From: a virus
Taxonomy: Duplodnaviria > Heunggongvirae > Uroviricota > Caudoviricetes
Strand: one strand, 5' to 3'
Length of the DNA: 4,288 bases
IMG/VR virus record: IMGVR_UViG_2531839200_000015
Program-made: the position numbers and the translations under genes
Notes under the pieces: model-generated
The model's database searches: none
What the model was told of the DNA's origin: nothing
Seen by the model: the letters and a program-made list of their open reading frames with translations, nothing else
In this document: positions 1 to 4,288 of the stretch, in pieces
Position numbering within the stretch: position 1 is the stretch's first letter
How the letters are laid out: each line of letters opens with the position of its first letter

Positions 1-370
1 TCATCGGGGTAAAACGGTTTATGACGTGGCTTCCGGCGACGCGTTATTTATTTCTGAACTCGGTCCGTTACCGGAAAATGTTACCTGGTTGTCGCCGGAT
101 GGAGAGTGTCAGAAGTGGAACGGCACATCCTGGGCGAAAGATGCAGAAGCAGAAAAACTGTTTCGGGTACGGGAGGCAGAAGAAACAAAAAACAGCCTGA
201 TGCAGGTAGCCAGTGAGCATATTGCGCCACTTCAGGATGCCGTAGATTTGGATATTGCGACGGAGGAAGAGGCATCGTTACTGGCTGCATGGAAGACATA
301 TCGGGTATTGTTGAATCGTGTTGATACAACAGTAGCAGCGGATGTTGAGTGGCCAGTCGCCCCACAATAA
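1..370 (+). CDS. Phage tail fiber assembly protein (Tfa/gpG family), C-terminal part; 5'-partial, gene begins upstream of the window
   Basis: The frame is open from base 2 ([29 protein letters not shown]...) to the TAA at 368-370. The GTG at 26 reported as start by the ORF track is internal. The C-terminal motif [27 protein letters not shown]....WP is the conserved tail-fiber-assembly chaperone domain found in lambdoid Tfa and P2 gpG proteins (recalled, not searched). GC is about 48%. Confidence 0.88.
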   Translation, partial: HRGKTVYDVASGDALFISELGPLPENVTWLSPDGECQKWNGTSWAKDAEAEKLFRVREAEETKNSLMQVASEHIAPLQDAVDLDIATEEEASLLAAWKTYRVLLNRVDTTVAADVEWPVAPQ

Positions 371-376
371 AAAGAA

Positions 377-406
377 AAAGCCATCGACAGAAATATCGAT
401 GGCTTT
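377..406 (-). terminator. Rho-independent terminator hairpin between convergent genes, strongest for the minus-strand acetyltransferase
   Basis: Perfect 11-bp stem, AAAGCCATCGA (377-387) pairing with TCGATGGCTTT (396-406), around an 8-nt loop CAGAAATA. On the minus strand the hairpin is followed by UUCUUUUUAUU (complement of 366-376), a classic U-tract. On the plus strand it is followed by AUGUACUCUAUUU, a weaker tract. It sits between the tfa stop (368-370) and the acetyltransferase stop (414-416). Confidence 0.7.
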
Positions 407-413
407 ATGTACT

Positions 414-986
414 CTATTTATACAATACAACACCACTCTTTTTAGTTATATATGTGCAGTTTGATGGTATATCTTTATTTATAAAAGACATTGCACCTAT
501 TTTTACATTATCCCCAATTTTACGTGATAATCCAATGATGCAACAATTAGCTCCGATATCAACGTTACTACCAATTTTTACTCTTGAACTAGGCATATCA
601 CCATCTATCTGTCCAATGGTAGTATTCTGTCGTAATACCAGATTTTCACCCGCATCAACAGCAAAATGAACAACAATTCCAGCATGATGGGGAATTGTCA
701 ACCCTTTTCCAATATTTGCGCCCAATCCTATTTCACAACCAAACTTGTTAATTATTTTACTGTTTAACTTTTTGGCTGCTTTCTTATGTAATTTATTACC
801 ATTAATATACATTTCGTTAGCCAACCGCCACCAGAAAAGGAAATTCCGGTTACGCTGCTTTTTCTCTCTTAAAAGCCTCCAGATATCCATACGTTTCCGC
901 CGAATTACTTCATGTTTCCAGAAGTTTTTTAAATTAGTAGAGTTTCCAAATAAAACAAAGTGAATTGCCATTAAGTAAGATAGCAC
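414..986 (-). CDS. Hexapeptide-repeat (left-handed beta-helix) acetyltransferase, serine acetyltransferase CysE/WcaB-like; AT-rich cargo gene
   Basis: The ORF-track frame is 414..1019. The protein carries tandem hexapeptide repeats (GLGANIGKGLTIPHHAGIVV..., IGQIDGDMP, KIGSNVDIGANCCIIG, KIGDNVKIGAMSFI) preceded by a CysE-like helical region (FLFWWRLANEMY...KFGCEIG). I prefer the GTG at 986-984 as start because AAGGAG (998-993, minus sense) lies 6 nt upstream of it. The track start GTG at 1019 and the ATG at 971 have no Shine-Dalgarno and remain alternatives. GC is about 27-30%, far below the flanks. Confidence 0.82.
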   Translation of the reverse strand: MLSYLMAIHFVLFGNSTNLKNFWKHEVIRRKRMDIWRLLREKKQRNRNFLFWWRLANEMYINGNKLHKKAAKKLNSKIINKFGCEIGLGANIGKGLTIPHHAGIVVHFAVDAGENLVLRQNTTIGQIDGDMPSSRVKIGSNVDIGANCCIIGLSRKIGDNVKIGAMSFINKDIPSNCTYITKKSGVVLYK

Positions 987-1037
987 GATAATCTCCTTAA
1001 TTATTATTTCAGACCACACATGTTATAAGGTTAAGAG

Positions 1038-1066
1038 ATTATAAAATCCTGTTATTTGTTATTCAA
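1038..1066 (-). promoter_or_regulatory. Predicted sigma70 promoter for the acetyltransferase gene
   Basis: Minus-strand reading: TTGAAT (-35, complement of 1061-1066), a 17-nt spacer AACAAATAACAGGATTT, then TATAAT (-10, complement of 1038-1043, perfect consensus). An A/T-rich UP-like tract (AAAATTGTTTT) sits upstream. The predicted transcript start near 1031 leaves a leader of about 45 nt before the SD and GTG at 986. Confidence 0.55.
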
Positions 1067-1099
1067 AAACAATTTTCTGAGAAGGACATACAACAGCAA

Positions 1100-1132
1100 G
1101 TCGCCAGTCACCTTCATCAGGAAATTGGCGAC
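1100..1132 (-). other. Inverted repeat (7-bp stem, 19-nt loop) just downstream of the gpU stop; possible weak terminator or recombination scar
   Basis: GTCGCCA (1100-1106) pairs with TGGCGAC (1126-1132). It is flanked by direct copies of GACATAC (1085-1091 and 1130-1136). On the minus strand the stem is followed by the moderately U-rich CUUGCUGUUGUAUGU. Confidence 0.25.
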
Positions 1133-1142
1133 ATACGTTAAA

Positions 1143-1631
1143 TCAGAGCAGCCCCTTAACTGAGCTGGCCGCGCTATTAAGGGATGATGTCACCTTATCT
1201 TTGAAGCCGGACAGCATATCGCTGAACGATGAGGATTGCAGGCGCTCCCGCAAATCCTCATCACAGCGTTCAAGAGTCAGTGAAAATTCTATCTTTTTCG
1301 CCTTACCGTAGCGATCAAACTCGGAGCGGGTCGTATTCGTTCCGGTCAGGACATACATGCCGTAAATCTGCCCGACGCCATCAATCAAAGGCCAAGGACG
1401 TCCTGTATATGCCTGCGTGGTCAACAACGACAGCGACACTTCGCCACCAGTAATCTCAGGATAAAGAACACCAGAAAGAACGATGCGATCATCACCTGCA
1501 CCGATATACTGCCAGCTTGCTGAACGGTTAACGCGTTCATTTTTCACATGTCGCCAGCTTTTGTTTTGCTGTAACTGCTGATGCGGCAACGTGCGCAGCT
1601 CAAAAACAAACATGCCGTAGATCATCATCAT
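1143..1631 (-). CDS. Phage tail protein, P2 gpU family
   Basis: The ORF-track frame is 1143..1637 (MAMMMIYGMFVFELRTLPHQQLQ...WRH...NSRVNRSA..GAGDD...LSGVLYPEITGG...WPLIDG.G.IYGMYV). The N-terminal MMM-hydrophobic pattern and conserved blocks match P2 gpU as I recall it (MMMVLGLFVF...). It sits directly downstream of the tape measure gene, as in P2 T-U order. The start is probably the second ATG (1631-1629), since GAGGAG (1645-1640, overlapping the gpT stop) is 8 nt upstream of it and only 2 nt upstream of the first ATG at 1637. Confidence 0.8.
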   Translation of the reverse strand: MMMIYGMFVFELRTLPHQQLQQNKSWRHVKNERVNRSASWQYIGAGDDRIVLSGVLYPEITGGEVSLSLLTTQAYTGRPWPLIDGVGQIYGMYVLTGTNTTRSEFDRYGKAKKIEFSLTLERCDEDLRERLQSSSFSDMLSGFKDKVTSSLNSAASSVKGLL

Positions 1632-1643
1632 GGCCATGACTCC

Positions 1644-3954
1644 TCAATCTTTATCGTAAAAACTGCCACGCCTGGCACGGGCGCGCCGTTCCATTTCTGC
1701 CCTGACCATTTCGCCGACCAGTTTCGCCAGTTCGCGGGGATTCTGCGTAACAACGTTATGCAGATGAACATGAATTTCACCGCCAAATCCGGAGGCAACA
1801 GGCTCCCGGTTACGGGAAGTTGCAGGAACTGATGCCACTGGCGATCGTATGGCCTCCACCACCGGGCGGGAGCTGGCCGCAACAACAGGGACCAGCGCCG
1901 GAGGCAGCGGAGCCGGGACCACGGGTGTGATATTAATTGCGGGGGCAGGCTTACTGACCTGCGCAATCTTCCGCTCCTGCCACTCCCCACGAACAGCAAG
2001 TGCGCGGGGCAGGTTCTTAAAGACAATATCGCCGGGGCCAATGCGTTTTTTTGTCTCATCAACCAGCTTACCTGTGTTATCAGCAATTTTGCTGAGTCTG
2101 CGTAGCGTGCCGGTATTGCTGTCTGTGAGAGGTTTGTTGTCTTTGGGTTTATCATCTCCGGTGCCATTGCTATTTCCCGCAGACTTCGGCGGATTGATTT
2201 TCGCAATGTCTCCCTGAAACAGAGCAACCTTGTCCTGAAGAATGGCCGCACGTTGTGCGTCTTCGATTTTCTTGCGCGCCCTTTCCGCTTCATCCGGAAG
2301 CACACCGAGTTTTTCAAGTATCCACGCCAGCGTATCCAGCAACATTTTTGCAGGCGTCAGAACAAGCTGTAACGCACCACCAAGAACGTTACCGAATACC
2401 TCGCCAGCACTGGTACATTTATCCAGCGTTTCCTTGCTGGACTCCATCGGTGACAGCAGCGATTTAAACCAGTTAAACACCTGGCTGATCCCGCTTCCGA
2501 TTACGTCAAAAACAGGGCCAAACCGTTCAAAGGTGTCGCGCAACGGGGTCAGCCTTTCCATAATCCCGCTGAACACCCCGGCAAAGAAAGCCCTGATAGG
2601 ATCCCAGTATTTCCAGATAAGAACGGCAGCTCCGGCAAGCGCAGCCACGATAAGACCAACCGGACTGAACAACGCCCCGATAACGCCTCCCAGTAAAGAA
2701 ACGGAACCCGTCACCATTCCCCATAGCGCAGGTAACACCCTGACGACATTCATTGACCGGGTAAGAATGTCAAAACCAAGACGCAGGGTGGCCAGCTTCC
2801 CGTAAAGCACCCCAATAACCAGCGACAACGAGCCAATCGTTGCAGTCATTGCCAGCAACGCACCGCCTGCTATCAGTAGCTGGCGCGTCAGTACCGGATG
2901 GGCCTGCGCCAGCGAGGTGATTTTTTCAAGCACCCGCGTGAGCCACTGCGTGACAGAACGCAGCGGACCGTCAACCAGATCACTGATGCGAATACGAAGA
3001 CCTTCCCATGCGCTGTCGAGATTTTTCAGGTCCCCATCAAGATTATCAGCCATTACTTTTGCGACGCGATCGGCCTCTCCCCTTGCCCCCTGCAATTCTC
3101 TGGTCAGTTTTTGCAGCTCTCCTGAACCAGCCGCCGCAACAAGCGTCTGCAAACCAACGAACGCCTCTTCTCCGGCGATGTCCTTGAAGAAGGAGACCTG
3201 GTCCACCTGTCCGTATTTTTGTGTCGCCTTATAGAGATCAAGCAGCACATCCTCCATCGGGCGCATTTTGCCTCTGGCGTCAGCAACTGACACCCCCAGC
3301 TCTTTCAGTGCATCAGCCGCAGCTTTTGGCGGTGATGCAAGGCGGGACAGACTTGCGCGCATGGCCGTGCCAGCATCGCTTCCGCGAAGACCATTATTGG
3401 CAAGCATCCCGGCCATGGCCGCCGCTTCTTCAAGACTGATACCAAGTTTTGCGGCAACCGGACCGGTATACTTCATGGTTTCGCCCAGCGCGCGTAAATC
3501 AGTATTGGTCCGGGTAAATGCTGCTGTCAGCGTATCGCCCACCCGGTCCATTTGATCGGCTGTCAGGTTGAACTGTGTGAGGATATTGGAGCCTATATCA
3601 GCCGTCTCGCCGAGTTCGACGCCACCTGCCAGCGCCATATTAAGAACACCGGGCAATGCGGCCTGAATGGCCTGCGGAGTAAAACCAGCCATTGCCAGAA
3701 AGCTCTGCCCACTGGCGGCATCACTCGCAGTAAACTGTGTTTCAGCAAGTTTTAACGCCTGCTCACGCAGCGCCTTAAACTGCGGGCTGTTTTTGTCGAT
3801 TCGCGTCAGTGCCTGAACGCGGGACATCTCTTTGCCGAACCCGATCGCAGGCTGCAAAAAACGCCCGGCAGCATAGCCGCCCGCCGCTGCCGCACCAATT
3901 GCCAGCGCACCACCTGTTTTCAGTTTTCCCGCGGTTTCCTGCGCGTGCGAATAC
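1644..3954 (-). CDS. Phage tail tape measure protein (P2 gpT-like, TP901-type domain), 5' end interrupted by IS insertion; probably a pseudogene or gene fragment
   Basis: A 737-codon ORF (track 1644..3857, with TTG as first possible start) ends in TGA at 1646-1644. It has an N-proximal tape-measure domain (...LGISLEEAAAMAGMLANNGLRGSDAGTAMRASLSRL...), a long central hydrophobic Gly/Ala/Leu-rich segment and a Pro/Val/Ala-rich C-terminal region, all typical of myovirus tape measure proteins. My hand translation shows the frame stays open upstream of 3857, with no ATG/GTG/TTG, through the IS boundary at 3954/3955 and about 30 codons into the IS until a TGA at 4046-4044. So the native start is missing from this side of the IS. 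Confidence 0.88.
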
Positions 3955-4288
3955 TGAACCGCCCCGGAAATCCTGGAGACTAAACTCCCTGAGAAAGAGG
4001 TAAACAGGATGACTAAAAATACTCGTTTTTCCCCCGAGGTCCGTCAACGGGCAGTTCGTATGGTTCTGGAAAGTCAGGATGAATATGACTCACAGTGGGC
4101 GGCAATTTGTTCCATTGCCCCAAAGATTGGCTGTACGCCGGAGACTCTGCGTGTCTGGGTTCGCCAGCATGAGCGGGATACCGGGGGCGGTGATGGTGGG
4201 CTCACCAGCGCTGAACGTCAGCGTCTGAAAGAGCTGGAACGTGAAAATCGTGAACTGCGCCGCAGTAACGATATCCTTCGCCAGGCTT
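3955..4288 (+). mobile_element. IS3-family insertion sequence, left end (IS629/IS1203/IS3411-like); continues beyond the window
   Basis: The terminal sequence TGAACCGCCCCGGAAATCCTGGAGACTAAACTCCCTGAGAAAGAGGTAAACAGG starts at 3955 with the TG dinucleotide typical of IS3-family inverted repeats. It is followed by the OrfA ATG at 4008 with an AAGAGG Shine-Dalgarno (3995-4000). The left-end sequence matches IS629 as I recall it; this was not verified by search. Confidence 0.85.
4008..4288 (+). CDS. IS3-family transposase OrfA (helix-turn-helix and leucine-zipper N-terminal protein), 3'-partial
   Basis: The ATG at 4008 opens [93 protein letters not shown], which runs to the window edge without a stop. 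This is the characteristic IS3-family OrfA: an HTH region followed by a heptad Leu/Arg/Glu-rich zipper. It is absent from the ORF track because it is not closed within the window. Confidence 0.9.

Noticed and set aside
81-365. 94-aa ORF on the minus strand, antisense to tfa
   Set aside because: It is embedded entirely within the well-supported tfa frame, has no recognisable motifs and no ribosome binding site. Typical antisense shadow ORF.
1-413. Invertase crossover sites (gix/cix/pix-like 26-bp sites) that would place tfa in an invertible tail-fiber segment
   Set aside because: I found no convincing match to the recombination-site consensus in or next to the tfa fragment. Such sites, if present, are expected in the upstream tail fiber gene outside the window.
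349-963. Plus-strand ORFs 349..669 and 745..963, antisense to the acetyltransferase
   Set aside because: They lie within the AT-rich region opposite a gene with a clear hexapeptide signature. The proteins are low-complexity and Leu/Phe/Ile-rich, as expected from AT-rich antisense translation, and 349..669 runs straight through the terminator hairpin.
1229-1832. Plus-strand ORFs 1229..1453 and 1581..1832, antisense to gpU and gpT
   Set aside because: Shadow ORFs opposite well-supported tail genes; Arg/Ser/His-rich with no family features.
1628-2317. 229-aa minus-strand ORF in an alternative frame overlapping the 3' end of the tape measure gene and the gpU start
   Set aside because: Arg-rich, low-complexity translation typical of an off-frame read of GC-rich coding DNA. 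It would overlap two coupled, well-supported genes.
1849-3755. Ten ORFs of 60-187 aa on either strand inside the tape measure gene (1849..2217, 2242..2805, 2255..2467, 2527..2724, 2898..3125, 2917..3234, 3104..3286, 3221..3439, 3268..3555, 3552..3755)
   Set aside because: All are alternative-frame or antisense reads of the long, GC-rich tape measure ORF. They have Pro/Arg/Ser/Ala-rich compositions and no motifs.
3825-3857. TTG at 3857 or ATG at 3827 as the genuine tape measure start
   Set aside because: No properly spaced Shine-Dalgarno for either, the frame stays open upstream to the IS boundary, and the tape-measure domain lies too close to these codons for a native N-terminus. The start is more likely displaced to the far side of the IS.
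3775-4047. ORFs 3775..4047 (-) and 3809..4003 (+) spanning the tape measure/IS junction
   Set aside because: They cross the insertion boundary, fusing unrelated sequence, and overlap the IS inverted repeat and the OrfA ribosome binding site. Chance ORFs.
4008-4288. The programmed -1 frameshift site (A AAA AAG type) that joins OrfA and OrfB in IS3-family transposases
   Set aside because: Not visible in the sequence; it is expected near the end of OrfA, which would lie beyond base 4288.
1-4288. tRNA or rRNA genes, CRISPR arrays, attachment sites and Chi sites
   Set aside because: No cloverleaf-compatible segments, no regularly spaced direct repeats and no GCTGGTGG (or its complement) were seen on manual scanning. 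The closest Chi-like string is CCACCAGT at about 1443-1450, a one-base mismatch.

Overview
This window reads as a decayed, mosaic prophage tail region with four compositionally distinct blocks. (1) Bases 1-370 (+) are the 3' part of a tail fiber assembly (Tfa) gene that starts upstream of the window. (2) Bases ~410-1140 are an AT-rich island (about 27-30% GC in hand-counted lines, against about 48-55% in the flanks) carrying one minus-strand gene for a CysE/WcaB-like hexapeptide-repeat acetyltransferase, with its own near-consensus sigma70 promoter and a hairpin terminator shared with tfa. (3) Bases 1143-3954 (-) hold a P2-type tail protein gpU gene and a tail tape measure (gpT-like) gene. (4) From 3955 to the window end is the left end of an IS3-family insertion sequence (IS629/IS1203-like, recognised from memory), with OrfA starting at 4008; it cuts the 5' end of the tape measure gene. 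No gpD-like gene follows gpU, and tfa is convergent with the tail genes, so the tail module looks truncated and rearranged. The most interesting object is the acetyltransferase, which has the structure of a self-contained cargo gene (moron) and is a candidate lysogenic-conversion or surface-modification function. I found no tRNA, rRNA or CRISPR array. All calls come from reading the sequence and recalled protein family signatures; no database search was run.
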